Assembly (NCBI GenBank): GCA_002269645.1
Contig: NIVC01001450.1
Span: 62,001-126,000 of the forward strand
Source of the DNA: Macrostomum lignano
Taxonomy: Eukaryota
Length of the DNA stretch: 64,000 nt
Direction of reading: 5' to 3'
In this document: in pieces, positions 11,171 to 25,020 of the stretch
How the letters are laid out: every line of letters begins with the position of its first letter
How positions within the stretch are numbered: the stretch's first letter is position 1
The notes under the pieces: model-generated
Told to the model about the DNA's origin: nothing
Databases searched by the model: none
Seen by the model: the letters and a program-made list of their open reading frames with translations, nothing else
Program-made: the position numbers and the translations under genes

Positions 11171-13962
11171 GTTTTGTAAACTGAGAGGGTCCAGAGAGGA
11201 ATTGTAATGAAGCTTAAATAAAAAATTCAGCTAGTTAGGCCTATCAAACACGTCCACCCACTGGGACTCAACTTTGAGATTTTGCAAACTGTCAGTGTAA
11301 TTTCAGTCTGATTTTTACACAATTTTCAATGATTTTTGTGGCGGCATTTGACTAAAGTTATTTGATACTCTATATTATTCTACATTATCACAACTTGTTT
11401 ATTATATTTTTGTTCTTACTTATTTTATTCCACTGCAAGTACATACTCATTTTCTCTAGAACACTCTGTCTACCTGTGTGCGCCTAGCCCACCACCCCAA
11501 ATATTGTCACCTTCCACCACTCTCTCCTGATCACTATATATAATATCTCGGTGTTGATTTTCGCTCATTGAAATAAAGAATTTATCTCGCCTTGCTCTAA
11601 AACTAACACTGAACAGAATGAACTTTTCTTAGTCATTTGCGACACAACAAATTTCATAATTGAATCAAAATATGCCCAAATTTTCTCTGACTTTTTGCTT
11701 GTTGTTAGGTTGATGAAATATAGACAAAATTCGGAGTTGTTTTGGCTCAATTTTCCACCGACATTTCCCCAATTTTCACCTAAATTTGTCTGTGAAAAGA
11801 GTTCGTTAAAGTTCGGCACAGTGTTGGGACACAGTATAAGAGACGCCTAGTAGGGGCACAGTATGGGCTTTTTGCCATTATTTAGCCACTGGAGCCAGGC
11901 CCCTCAAAGCCCACTGGTCAGCCCACTTTAATTAGTAAGCCCACTGCTTATTCCAGCGCATATTTGAATGGATGACGACGATTAAAAGTAACTCCATTGT
12001 GGTATATACTGAAGACCTCCATCAGAGCCTCCACCACTAATGTTGCTCGTATAGAACAAAACTATTCTGTAATATGTACTCTGTTATGTACTGTATTATT
12101 ATTAGTTAAAAAATATTTTTAAAGAAAGACAGTTGCTGCTATATTAATTTCATTTCATTTACGAAGCAGATTATCATGAGAACTTATATACAGTACTTGT
12201 CTTGTAGCAAAACTTAATTAATTGAGCATCATTTTTCCCAACCACACTAACTGTATGCACACACCAACCGTATGCATTAATATTGGACCTTCAGTGTCGA
12301 GTGATAGTCATGTAGCAGTTGGTCTGACTTGTGCAGATGAATGTTGGTGAAAATTGGACAGACATACATTGTCATATTTATACATATATTAAACACAGTT
12401 GATAATCATAGTTATATTGGGTGAAAGTCAAAGTAGTCATTACATTTTTTAAGGAAATCGATAAGTTGTCTACTTTTTTGGTCCGACTTTAGTCTTTCAG
12501 TCTGACAAAAATGGAAGAAAATTGTACAAAGATAAATGTTATCCGATTTTCATACATTCTTGCCTATTTTTGTCTGTCAAAAATCAAGCCAACGGCACCA
12601 ACTTTCCAACAAGATGAAAATCGGGTATAAAATGACAAAATTATCCTTTTTGAGTCAGTTTGTTTAAAGTTGAAAGTTAGAGTTGAGTCCTAGTGGGCAT
12701 GGAGAAAAATTATAATCCAATCAAACTAATTGATATCAGCAGCTGTAGTTACCTTTAGAAGGGAGAAAACAATGCAGATTAGTAGAAATGAGTATAGGTA
12801 AACAAGTAAAGAAAGTACAGCTAGTCACAACCATGAAAAAACAACAGCAAATCAAAAGCAAGAGGTAAGGGGTGCCAGCAAACTGAGAGTCAATATATTA
12901 AAAAACACTAATCTGATTGGCATTCTTGCTGCATTATAACAAACTGAGTGAAAAAAATAGACACTCTTTTTATTAAAGTTAAAGTTCTAACCCTCTAAAT
13001 GTTCTTTTAAAACAAATTCGCTAAATTGTAGACAATATTTATGTTCAAAAGTCAAGACTCTAAAAAGTTTAATTTTCAAACATACAAACATACAATTTTC
13101 AAAACTGCTTGCATCAAATTATCACTAAGTACATGGGGATTAAAAAATCAAGCTCCTGTTAACTCTGAAAGTATTTTTTGCAGTTTTTTTGCTTTATTAT
13201 CATTTTAGACTCTAAGACTCTGGCAGGAGTTTTAGAAAATTAGAAAATAAGAATTATTTTATGTACCTAAAGTTCAAGAGGTCTGACAAGTCTACTCAAG
13301 TATTGATGTTTTAATCATACAATTATGTTTTTATGTCATAAAACTGCCTAGGAAATGAAGCAAGTAATTATTTAATGAGCTTAAATCTTTTGTAGCATAA
13401 CTATTAGACCATAATCTATAAGATTTTACTATAAGCACATTTGGGGCATACATTGAAATTTGACAATGCTAAGACATGGCTAGCAACATAAAACAAAAGT
13501 AAATTGAATTGATTCATCAAGAGTCCATACAAAGAAAAAATAAATCAAAATAAAATGAAACCATTTTTTAATTTAAAGCACTAGTTCAGTTTAACAAAAT
13601 GAATAAGAATAATATTTTAGTTTTCTAAAGTAAATAAGTACTGCAAAAACAAAGCACAAACTGCTAAATAAGGGCTCAATTTTTATTTATTGTGTCCAAT
13701 TCTAATGTATAATTTAGGCATCTAAAAGCAAGCTAGGGCACCAAAATGCCAGGCACCAAAAAGAATAGGCACCAAAAGAGTGGATACCATTCATTCTATA
13801 TCTATAAGTTCTCTTTCTTCAAAAAAAGAATGACAAAAATAATTGGGTTATTCCTTTTTCAAGATGAAAAATCATTTAGCTTCCCAATCTAGATCCCAAG
13901 ATAGCCTAGCTTCCTAATATAGACCCTAGGATCATCCAGCTTCCCAGTCTAGATCCCAAGAT

Positions 13963-14365
13963 GGGTACACAACAATTGACTGCCACAATTTGACTGCCAC
14001 AATTTGACTGCTGAGAAATTTGACTGCCAGCAAAATGACTGCCAAACAATTTGACTGCTGACAAAATGACACAGATAGAATGATTGCAGACAAAATGACT
14101 GCTGACAATTTGACTGCCAACAAAATGACTGCAAACAAAATGACAATTTGCTCTTTATGAGTGAAGATGCAAGCCACGTTTGCCTTTCAGCAGCAATACA
14201 TGCTGAATGTCTGCAATCATTTTGCTAGCAATCAAATTGCCATAGTCATATTGTCAACAGTCATATTGCCACAGTCAAATTGTTGGCAGTCATTCTGTCC
14301 ATAGTCATTTTGTTGGCAGTCAAATTGACCATAGTCAAATTGTGGCAGTCAATTGTTGTAGACCC
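13963..14365. mobile_element. Non-autonomous Mutator-like foldback MITE
   Basis: TIRs gggt(a/c)(c/t)acaacaattgactgccacaatttgactg built from ~15-bp subrepeats; perfect 9-bp TSD tcccaagat (13954-13962, 14366-14374). Confidence 0.9.
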
Positions 14366-14483
14366 TCCCAAGATCCCTAGATCCAGCTTCTAGCATCATC
14401 CAGCTTTCCTATTTTATTTCCCAATGTCATTTTCTATTAAGCAGACAGCTAAGCATTGCAAACACCTTGAATTCTCCATATAG

Positions 14484-17362
14484 GATGATGAATTCGGCCA
14501 GGTTTTGCAGTTCACCTTAGAACACGAGCTTGTCAAGGGTAAGTTAATTTACCAGTTTACCTGTTGATTCTTTTATTATGTGTAGTATGCAAGCAGCTTT
14601 GTATGCCGCATTAACAGGAAAATTCACGAAGCGCGGCATTCTGTCAGTGCACTCCTACTCCAGCGAGCATGTTCTGTACAGAGACGAGGCTCCACTAACT
14701 GACGAAGATTTGCTATCTCTAATTGTAAATTTTCCTGCATCATACTACTGCTATAAATTCTCTCTAAGTAGTATAAATGGAGGTTAACTTGATTATCTTT
14801 GCTTATTGTAGAAACTGGCTGAGGCCAGGGACATCTACCGAGCCAGGGTGCTGTTTAAAGTTGGCAACAAGGCCGAATATGTCTATGGCTTTGTCTATGC
14901 GGTGAGTGGCTGTTAGATATCTGGGTACATTGTTTTTTGCTGGAATGCATCTGCAAACCATTGTTGCTGGATATTGAAACTCGTGTGGCAAACAAATAAA
15001 GCAGAGTCTACAGTTTAAAAGTAAGCTAACAGTGTACATCTGCATCTGCACTTCTCACCAGTTTTACTCGGTTTAAACTGCGCCATAAGGCATCGCTTTG
15101 ATACTACTGACTGATACTACGTTTTTTTTCAAATCCTGTTAAATTTTTTTACTCACAGTGGATGATTGGCCAGCCTCCTAGATCCTCAGGCTGGTCTGTC
15201 ACTGAAACCCATGCTTGGGCGCAACCTAGGTATTCACCCGGCCGTTTCTATTGGCAACACACGCATGTAAGTCGCTATTGGACAGAACAGTAGTCACGTG
15301 ACTGCTCTCATCCAATAGCGACTTACATGTGTGTGTTGCCAATAGAAACAGCCGGATGATTCCCAAGGTTGCGCATGTATGCTGACACCCTCCCAGATCT
15401 TCAAGCTGGTCTGTCACTGCCAGCCTCCCAGATCCTCAGGCTGGTCTGTCACTGCCAGCCTCCCAGATCCTCAGGCTGGTCTGTCACTGCCAGCCTCCCA
15501 GATCCTCAGGCTGATCTGTCACTGCCAGCCTCCCAGATCCTCAGGCTGGTCTGTCACTGCCAGCCTCCCAGATCCTCAGGCTGATCTGTCACTGCCAGCC
15601 TCCCAGATCCTCAGGCTGGTCTGTCACTGCCAGCCTCCCAGATCCTCAGGCTGGTCTGTCACTGCCAGCCTCCCAGATCCTCAGGCTGGTCTGTCACTGC
15701 CAGCCTCCCAGATCCTCAGACTAGTCTTTCACTGCTAACCTCCCTGATCCTCAAACTGGTCCGCCACTGCTATCCTCCCAGATCCTCAGGCTGGTCTGTC
15801 ACTGCCAGCCTCCCAGATCCTCAGGCTGGTCTGTCACTGCCAGCCTCCCAGATCCTCAGGCTGGTCTGTCACTGCCAGCTTCCCAGATCCTCAGGCTGAT
15901 CTGTCACTGCCAGCCTCCCAGATCCTCAGGCTGGTCCGACACTGCTACCCTCTCAGATCATCAAACTGTTCCGCCACTGCTACCCTCTCAGATCATCAAA
16001 CTGTTCCGCCACTGCTACCCTCTCAGATCATCAAACTGTTCTGCCACTGCTACCCTCTCAGATCCTCAAACCGGTCCGCCACTGCTACCCTCTCAGATCC
16101 TCAAACTGTTCCGCCACTGCTACCCTCTCAGATCCTCAAACTGTTCTGCCACTGCTACCCTCTCAGATCATCAAGCTGTTCTGCCACTGCTACCCTCTGA
16201 GATCATCAAACTGTTCTGCCACTGCTACCCTCTCAGATCATCAAACTGTTCCGCCACTGCTACCCTCCCAGATCTTTAGGCTGGTTTAAAAATGCCTGAC
16301 TTACTTGACTTAGCAGCAGGGGACATCGTTCAGCGGATGCAGCGAGAAGACTGTGGAGACCGCCCATTACTCTAGCCCCTGGCGACCAATGACTCCATCG
16401 AAGTGCTCTACCAATGCCAGCCTCCCAGATCCTCAGTTGATTCGCCGTGCCCTCAAAACTTCGTATCTTCCAGTGAAACACAAAATGTTTCTCAGCAATC
16501 TGAAAGCTTCCACAAACTCCGAACCAATCCTCCAGTGCGACCTGCTGCACAGCGGCCTTCGCGACAACCTGACGCTTGCATTCAACAGTCACGGCAGTCT
16601 GGTTGGCCTCCATCTCAGCCTGACCGACTCATCAAAGGCCGCCTTCGAATCCTGCACGGTGAAGTCCGGGCACCTGTCGCCCGCGAGTTTGCCGAGGGTC
16701 TTCATCTCGCACGCTGCCGCACTGAGGCCTGTCCAGGGACCCGCGTGAGTAGCTGGGCGGCATTGATTAGAATAATGGGATCTATATAATTGTAGAGTAG
16801 CTAGCTAAAGTGACTGGTAAGACTTAAAGTGAAATATTTCTTGATCTGACATACATAAGTTTATGCCTTCCATTCTAGAAAAAATGCATCACTGTATTTG
16901 TACTTATTAAGTAAAGATGTACTGCCGCAGTAACTCTGGGTGGGGACATTAAACTTTGTTTTCAACGTTATGGTTTCTTAGAAAAGGGAGGCCCGATGAA
17001 TGGATGAGGACCAAATAAAAAGCCTGGCTCAGGGCATTACTTCGTGGAATCCGGCAGCCCCCAGAACTTTTCTCGCTAGTCACTTCCGCTATCTTGAAGC
17101 GGTACATAATATCGAGGTTTTGAAGGCTGTAATTAAGAATTTGAAAGCCATTGCACTGCCCTGCCCCTTCCCTTCCGGCAGCCCGGAGACTCAAATCTAC
17201 ATCGCCAGAGTAGAAGAGGAGAAGAAGCGCAAGCATGAGGCTGAGCAGGGTGACAATCGGCCATTGGTGATGAAGTACTGGATGTACATCGTGCCGGTGG
17301 TGCTGGTGTTCATGGTGATGAGCGCCCAGGATCCCAATGCTCAGGGAGGCGGTGGCAGCTGA
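14484..17362 (+). CDS. EMC10: ER membrane protein complex subunit 10, 5'-partial; exons 14484-14538, 14618-14724, 14812-14901, 16536-16744, 17182-17362
   Basis: GT-AG introns with consistent phases give DDEFGQVLQFTLEHELVKGKFTKRGILSV...IYRARV...GFVYACDLLHSGLRDNLTL...VQGPAPETQIYIARVEEEK...KYWMYIVPVVLVFMVMS...GGGGS. This parallels EMC10 motifs LEH, KRG, YRVR, PAC-L-ES-L-D-LTL, GPET, KYWMYIIP and the Gly tail. Confidence 0.9.
15210..15381. mobile_element. 172-bp near-perfect hairpin MITE (hAT-like) in an EMC10 intron
   Basis: Arms gcgcaacc...gtttctattggcaacacacgcatgtaagtcgctattgga / tccaatagcgacttacatgtgtgtgttgccaatagaaac...ggttgcgc; 8-bp flanks ctgaaacc / ctgacacc (1 mismatch). Confidence 0.7.
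15385..16280. repeat. 35-bp minisatellite (~25 copies, two unit variants) in an EMC10 intron
   Basis: ctgccagcctcccagatcctcaggctggtctgtca, then ctgctaccctctcagatcatcaaactgttccgcca. Confidence 0.95.
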
Positions 17363-20300
17363 GAGCCCGCTGCACGCATTCTCCAGCAACTTTCTCTTCT
17401 TTTCCCAGAATTGCAGGTCCTCAAAAACATTTCCCTGTTTTAATATTATTGCATAACTTATGACTTTTTGTGTTGTTGCATCATCACTGTTGTTCTGTTT
17501 CCTAGCTGAATGTTGTGTCACTGCTGAATCGGTAATACAGTCTTCATGTTGGTCTGTCCTGATTGAACTGATTTTTGGAGTTCTGTAAAAAATCATAAAA
17601 AACCCACGAGTATGCAATACCTTCGGCTGTGTGATTTTATTTTGTAGATGTCGCTGTCAATCGCAGCCTCGGAAAATCTGATTAACTGCATTGGACAGAC
17701 TAAATAGAATCAACTGGCCTTGACGCTAGCATGACGTTCAATATAAATGATAAAATCACATGCATAAATTGCTCGCCACTCCAGACTAGAACTCCGAGAT
17801 CACAGATGACCCGGGATTTGTGGCCAATCCGTCTCGCTCGAGAAAGACGAGTGCGCGATGCCGAGATGTACTTGTACTTTTGTGCAGTAGCATCAGTGCT
17901 GTATGGTTTGTCGCTGGATACACTTACCGGGAGAGACTTGCTGAAGCGGAACATACACGCAAATTGCACATTGCTTTTGCTGCATGAACTCTGCTCGGAG
18001 TGTCATATCTTTCAAATAGTTAGCTAACACAGTAAAATTCGACCCACTCAAGAGTGCTTAGCATGAGTGCTCTGTATGTCAGTGCTACATGTACCTAATT
18101 GATGTGTTATATATTGTTATATTGTTATATTGATGCAAAATATGAGTTCATTGTACATGTACAGTAAATATTCGCTTTTGCTGTAGCTATAATGTTATAA
18201 CGAAAATGAGCAAATTAGCGTAAGGCGTAATTTCATGCAGTTTAAATGTTCAGCCGTAGGAGAAGCATAGCCTTATTTTTGAGGTTATTTGAAAATATCA
18301 TTTATTACGCGAATTCATTTAAGATTATAACTATACATGTAAACCCTGTTGTTCGACTCTAGCCATGTCTGAGCGCTAAATGGCCGGTCTTAAGTGAATT
18401 GAGTTGTTTAACACAAGGTGCTTGTTAATACGATCGCTAGGTTTTAATTCGCATCGAAAGCGAGCCTCTAGCCTAGGAGGGAGAGGAGCATAGAGAAAAA
18501 TCGCGCTCCGATCCTCCTTTTATTTAGTCTGGAGTGGCCAGCCCCATGTTTATCCCATGCAGTCCCCCACTTCTGTTCCCTTCCTGTACGTTATGGGTCT
18601 TTTTCCTCATCGGCCTCTTCCGGTCATCTTCTCGTGCAAGGTCCGGGCCTACTCCAAACCGTACAGGCCGTCCGGCCGCGGGTCCCTGAGGCTTTTCATA
18701 TTACCAATTCCAGAATCAGAATCGGTTCGGATCTTCCAAGAAAAACAGCAGTATAACTATTTATTTCTGTTGAATGTTTGACTGCCTTAACAACCTCACT
18801 TAGCACAATTTTTCACTTTCTTCTTGGCGATTGTCATTCAATAATAAAAACTTTATAGCACGTATCTCCCTCTAGTTATGGAGACAAAAAGTTATACTTC
18901 ACAAATTAGTTCTGGTTCTGGAACCAGAACAAGCAATATGAAAAGGCCCCCTCTCACCTTCCTGCCGTTGCCATGACGGAGTTCGAAACGATCTCGTTTC
19001 CTCTGGACTGCGGTTCTGCATGGTCAGTTCTTACATGTACTTGCAGTTCAGGCCGGATTTCTCGCTGCAATATGGCCTTGACTGGGTGGGGCCTTCCTCA
19101 TCACTCCTGCTAGTGCCCATTGAACCTTCTCCTGTGTCTATTTTTAGCTCTGGCTCATTCGTTGTCCTTCTCTATCTTTCAGATTTCTAATAACTCCTAT
19201 ATACGTACGAGCTACCAGAATTATTGAATATAATTAATAATTCCGTCTTCTTTTCAGCAGTCTTCCGACTGGGCTGCAATTTTTTGGCAAAGAACACTGA
19301 CGTATATATACATGGTCCTTGGTCTTGGACTTGAGATCGAGGTTTATAGTTAGTCAGCTTTGGGTGCAGTCGTACACGAAAAAAATCATCGATGTACGTA
19401 TTAGTTGTACGTGCTAATATAGTAATAATATAAGGCTTGAGACGACTGCTGTTAGCAAATTCACTTATTAAAGTTTAGTATCTAGTTCTAGTATGTCTTG
19501 TTTTCTTTTAGCTCTAGTACCGCTACAGCGTGTGATATTAATTCAAAGTATACAGATGTCTCATGGACAAAAATTTAATATTAATAAAACCTCAATGTTT
19601 TTAAACTTTAATACTTACTTGTTTTAAAAACAATTAGATATGCTTTTTATAAATTATTGTTTAAAATGTAATCGTTTTTTAATACACTAATAAAATTAAA
19701 TGAAAGTGTTTTTCGTATGTTTTGCGCATGTTTTGCGTATAACGCTGCTCTGGTCTGACCAGCCCGGACGTGTTATTGGAAGATCCGAATAATTGTCGGT
19801 CTTATACTCTTATGAATTTATTTCCCGAATGTCCACTTTAGTAGGACAAAAGGACAAGCCTATATACTCCGGCATTTTCCTTTATTTTCATCTCAGAGGA
19901 CTGCAGCTATGTGAGTCTTTTATCACTTCTGTTTTTGTGTTAAATAGCTTTCCAGCTGTTTGGCACTTATGGCTACACTGTTTAGACTAGGCCCTAGTTA
20001 TATGCCGGCCTGGACTTCAGGTAAATAAAATAGTTGCAGTTTTGATTTGCAGTTTTAGTTTTTGGCTATCTTTTACTTTACTGCGTTTAATTATTTTTCG
20101 ATTTTCTTTCTCATTTCAGCCAATTTATTGATAGCTGGAAGGCCCTCTGTGCCCACAGCCCACTACGATTGATAGTGGATTTTAAATTTGAGCTTCATTT
20201 TTTGTAGCTCAAAGTTAACCACTGGGTGACTAGGGCATAGAGAAAGGGGGTTTGAAGGGCCTTCTTGAACTTTAGGTACATTAAAATACTTCCAATTTCC

Positions 20301-22465
20301 ATTTTTTTTAAACTTTTGCCAGAGTCTTAGAGGTGGTCCAAACTGATAATAAAGCAAAAAAAACTGCAAAAAATTACCATCAGAGGTAACAGGAGGTTGA
20401 TTTGTTAATCTCCTGAGTAACTAGTGTTAATTTGATCCAAGTTGCAAGTAGTTTTGGAGAATTGTGTTTGAAAATTGAACTTTTTTTAGAATTATAACTT
20501 TTAATGTAAATATTTTCTAAACTTTTATAAATTCATTCTAAAAAAATATTTAGAATGTTCAAGTTTTATCAAGTTTTAGGTTGACAAGTCGGTGCCCTCT
20601 GTGTACATTGATAAAGTAGCCCAGCTGCTTGCGTTCTTCATTGCTCTAGGTTAAATAGATCCGTTAAAGCAATAAGATAGTTACTCACCTGATAGGGTGA
20701 GTTCAGCCCTCTTGCTCTTTCCTCTGCGTACTGCAGGGCGTACGTGCATGCAATCTCAAAGCTTTGGATCCTTTGTGCAGCTGTGGCCCTGGCCAAGAAT
20801 CAGGAGCACTTTGGCGGTACCATGGGGTCATAAACGCCAGATTCTCTGGTGCGCAGTAGCCACTTTTTAATCGCCTTCGTGTTTCTCCTGAATTCTTTGG
20901 CGCTCGCGCCGGGCAGTTCTTCAGCTTGCTCCAACTGCAGTGACTCTTCTTGGAAGAGCTCAGCAACGTTCAGCAGAGTCTCCTTGGCAGCGGGTGCTGG
21001 TTCTTGCTCCTGTGACGGTGCCTCCAGTGTTTGAGCTTCGGCAACAGGGCTGGGTATCTCCTCAATCTCTAGTAGCTCCACTCCTAGCAGGGCCTCCATA
21101 AATTCTTCATAATAAGGCAAACGCCTTAGCAAAACTGCTTTGAACTAAACCCCCTACTACAGTTTGATACAAAAATAGATTTTACTAGATTAATCCAAAA
21201 TTTCTAAAATAAAATTTACCTAATTATAATAAGGTAAATAAACAAAACTGGTTAATAGGTTAATAAAACTAAAAACTAAAACAGTAAAAGCCTTCTCATA
21301 TATGTTAAATATTGGATATTAATTAGAACAATAAATATGGATATTATATTTTTAATTATACCTACATTAATTGATAAATGTTTTGGATTCAGATAATGAT
21401 AGTTGTAGCCTTATGCTTGTAAGTTATACAAATAAAGATAACAAGGGTCAACACAACTTATCAATAAAGTATAAAACCTAAAACTAGAACTCAACAAGCG
21501 TATCCAGTCATACACATGTTGGCCTAAGGCACATAGATGCAAAAACTTCTAGAAAAATGAGGAAAGTTTAAAAAATACTAAAGATAGTAATTATATACTT
21601 ATTATATATTAATTATTATTATTATATCAGTAATTATATATCTTAATTATATAGTAATTATATATAATCATAGCCTATATATCTGTAGACTATGACTATT
21701 ATTTGATTATTTTACAATTATAAACTTTACGATAAAAACTTAATAAATTAGTATTTTTTATACTTTTCACTTCAAAACTAGATGCATGGCACTGACAATG
21801 CCAATATTGGTATTTCCCCAGTGGAGCGGGTTATAGAGGGCGCACGGCGGGGCGTATAGCGCCCAAATATAGCCAAACTTCAGAAATCAATTTATAACTT
21901 ATTGACTCCATTTAAAGAGCAGTCACTCATTAGTTCTTCTTTTTCCTCAATGAAAAAAAACTTAATAACATACTCTTCTAAAGATTTTTTTCATTGTGTA
22001 AATTTCCTATTCGCCATATTGTACGCCAAGTCGCACAAGAGGTGCCCAGTTAGAAAATTATGCTAATTAGAACTCAAAGTATTATTAGGGTTATCTGATT
22101 CTAATCTAAATAAGGAAAAATGTAAAAACTCTTGGTAATTCACTAGCATTACAATTTCTAGCAGTTTTAACTATGCGCAAAAATATGCGTCCTCGGTTTG
22201 CCTAAAATATTTTGTTCTGTTTATAAAAACTGACATCCATATGTCAAGCATTACATTCTACTATCAGTGTATATTGCGAATGTTGTTGATCGGGAGATGT
22301 TTCTTGCAATTCAAAAATTTACAGCGTACAGCCTGCAAATCCAACTAATTTTGTTTTAGTTGTTTAGTTGTATTGCCAAGCTGTGTCAGCACTTTTATTT
22401 TTTATTAGAGGCAGGGGTTGTGTGCACCCTGGCGCACTTTAAGCGAAATTGGCACACAACCAGCG

Positions 22466-23829
22466 CAGGGGCGCGTCCAGAGGTTTCAGGATGGGGGGCC
22501 CAGTTGGGGCCCATTAAAAACTGAAGGGGCAACATCTCGAATTGAGTTTTTTAATTATTGTATAAAAGCGGACTTTAACGAAAAGTAAAAATGACATCCA
22601 ATCCAAAAAACGAATGCAATAACCAAGTTGATTTAACTAACATCTAGATTCTTACTAGATAGTTTTGCAATTGTGAGGATTTGAATAGAAAGCTAAATAC
22701 AGAGCTATATGTTTAAACACGAATTAATTCAATGTACATATCTACTTTTCCTGGCAGATCCTCCTCATAAAAACTCCATTGGTTTATACCTATTTTTTCT
22801 GTGAGAAGAGAGAAGTGAGAGGAGAGGGGAGAGAAGAAGGGGAGAGGGTAGGGAGAGAAAAAAGAGGGTCGAGAGAAACGGGAGGAGAGAGTAAAGGTGA
22901 GAAGAGGGAGAGATGAGAGATGGGAGTAGATAGGAGAAAGTAGAGAGGAGATAGAAGAGAGTAGAGATGAGTGAGTAGAGAGAAGACTCAAGACAGGAGA
23001 GAGAAGTGATTGACAGAGGAGACCAAAGAGGAGAAAGGAGATGATACGTGAGAGAAGAGAGGAGAGAAGAGGGGAGAGAGGAGAAAGGAAGGATGAAAGA
23101 AGAGAGAAGAGATGAGATATGAGAGATGAAAGAGGGGAAGGAGAGATGAGAGAGCAGAGACAAGAAATGTGACAGTAGAGCTAGAATAGAGGAGAGAGGA
23201 GAGGGAAGAAATTACAGAGACGAGTAGAGAGAGGAAAGAGAAGAGAAATATGCGGAAGCAGACATGAGAGACAATGGGAGAGAAGTGGAGTGGAGGGAAG
23301 GAGAAGGAGAAAAAAGGGGGAGAATCGAGAGGACAAGAAGAGAGGGGAAGGGAGAGAAGAGAGAGAAGAGGAGATGGGGGAGCAGGAGAGGTGAGAGATG
23401 AGAGGGAGGAGAGAGTAGAGAGGGACATAAGAGAGTAAAGGGGAGAAAGTTGAGAGAAGAGTTGGGAGAGTTGGGAAAAGAGAGATGTTAAAAAGAAGAG
23501 TACAGATGAGAGATGAGAGAGAGGAGATAAGACAGGAAATAAATAATAGGAGAGAGGATCGAGACAATAAAAGAGACAGAATATAGAGATGATACAAGAG
23601 ATGAGAAATTAGAGCAGAGAAGTAGAAAGAAGAGAGGAGAGGAGAGTGAGGAGTGAAAAGAGGAGAGAGAGGAAAGAGTAGAGACCAGAGAGAAATAAGA
23701 AGAGATAAAAAGAAAAAGGATAGAGAGCAAAGATGAAAGATGAGAGAGCAACGACGAAAGAGAAGAGAGGTGAGGGAAGATTGACGAGAGAAGACGGGAG
23801 AGAGCTGATAGGAAAGAAGAGAAGAAAAA

Positions 23830-23901
<72 letters not shown>

Positions 23902-24199
23902 AAACAGAAGAGACGATAGAAGTTTCAAAGGATCCGAGGGACATAGAGAGAGAGACAGGAAGCCAGAGAGTTTGCCAATACATGTTTTCGAAAGACAGGG
24001 GGTAGTTTTTGTTTGAGTATGACTCCAGACTTTAGAACTACGACAGATATACTCGTAGATATAAGCGAAAATAATTCCGGGGATCAGAATTCCACAGGTC
24101 CAAAATCCGCGGGTTTCAACAGCTAAGGCAAAAAACTGAAAGTGGGGGGGGCAAAGGGGGCCCATGGCTTTATTCCCCCCCCCCCTGGACGCGCCACTG
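22466..24199. mobile_element. Non-autonomous hAT-type element carrying a ~1.2-kb GA-rich tract
   Basis: TIRs caggggcgcgtccag / ctggacgcgccactg; perfect 8-bp TSD aaccagcg (22458-22465, 24200-24207). Confidence 0.9.
22800..23960. repeat. Polypurine (GA-rich) low-complexity tract ending in a (GA)n microsatellite at ~23832-23895
   Basis: Direct inspection; the S/L-rich minus-strand ORFs are compositional artefacts. Confidence 0.95.
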
Positions 24200-25020
24200 A
24201 ACCAGCGAGAGGCATTACTGCCCATTCTGCCGACTCCCCTGAGCAGGCACACACTCACACAGAAGTGTACAGCGGCCCTAACTTTATTTTATCGTTAGGA
24301 ATGTACAGCTGTATCTCTAGATTCAGATATGAGATTCTAAAGATCATTGAGCATCCCAGTCGGTATCTTCTAAGATTTGAGATTCATAAAATTTGTAGCA
24401 GTTTTAATTATGTGCAAAAATATGCGTGTTAGATTTGCTTATGCTAAAATATTTTGTTCTGTTTTTTAAAACTCTTAGGAAAATCTTATCTCATGAATCA
24501 TAGAAAGGCCTCAAGATGAGAAAAAAGAAAGAAGGCCTCACTGGGCAGAGATCAACTAAGGAAGAAGAAAATCTTGGACAGGAAAGACAGGAGCTTAGCA
24601 ATATATTTAGTATAGCTCGTATTGTGACTGCATATTATGAGTATATACTCCATATTATATACCCCGCATATTTGGTTGCTCTATGGATCCTTACTCGGGC
24701 GCTAGCAAGACTAGAACGGCAACATCTGTTCTCTTTGTCATAAAAGCAACAAGGAAATTGAAAAAAAGCCCTGCCCACAACATATGAAGTTTTGAGTGAA
24801 GCAGCTGCCAGCTAACTCTCGGATGAATCGCTTAAATTCGAATAAGCTACCTATCAGAATTTTATTGCTCCGAAAAATAATTTTTTTTTCATCTGGAGAG
24901 CTATGCTGTGCCTGTGCTACTCTGTCTGCCAGAAAGAATCATGTATCTGTATCAATTGGTTTTGGAGCTATTTAAGGTGAAAGTTTCTGCCAATTATAGT
25001 GTATTTAGATAGGAAAAGTT

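Noticed and set aside
15369-15738. Repetitive ORFs in the EMC10 intron
   Set aside because: Produced by the 35-bp array, which is not a multiple of three.
16949-17617. 222-aa minus-strand ORF
   Set aside because: Antisense shadow of the last EMC10 exon and 3' UTR.
17700-18027. Overlapping short ORFs downstream of EMC10
   Set aside because: No recognisable motif or consistent exon chain.
18400-19990. Possible decayed DNA-transposase fragments (WGWPL; C-x3-C...H-x-C-x-P)
   Set aside because: Many stops and shifts; similarity too weak to assign a family.
22713-24258. Long Ser/Leu-rich ORFs and the RE-repeat ORF
   Set aside because: Artefacts of the GA/CT low-complexity tract.
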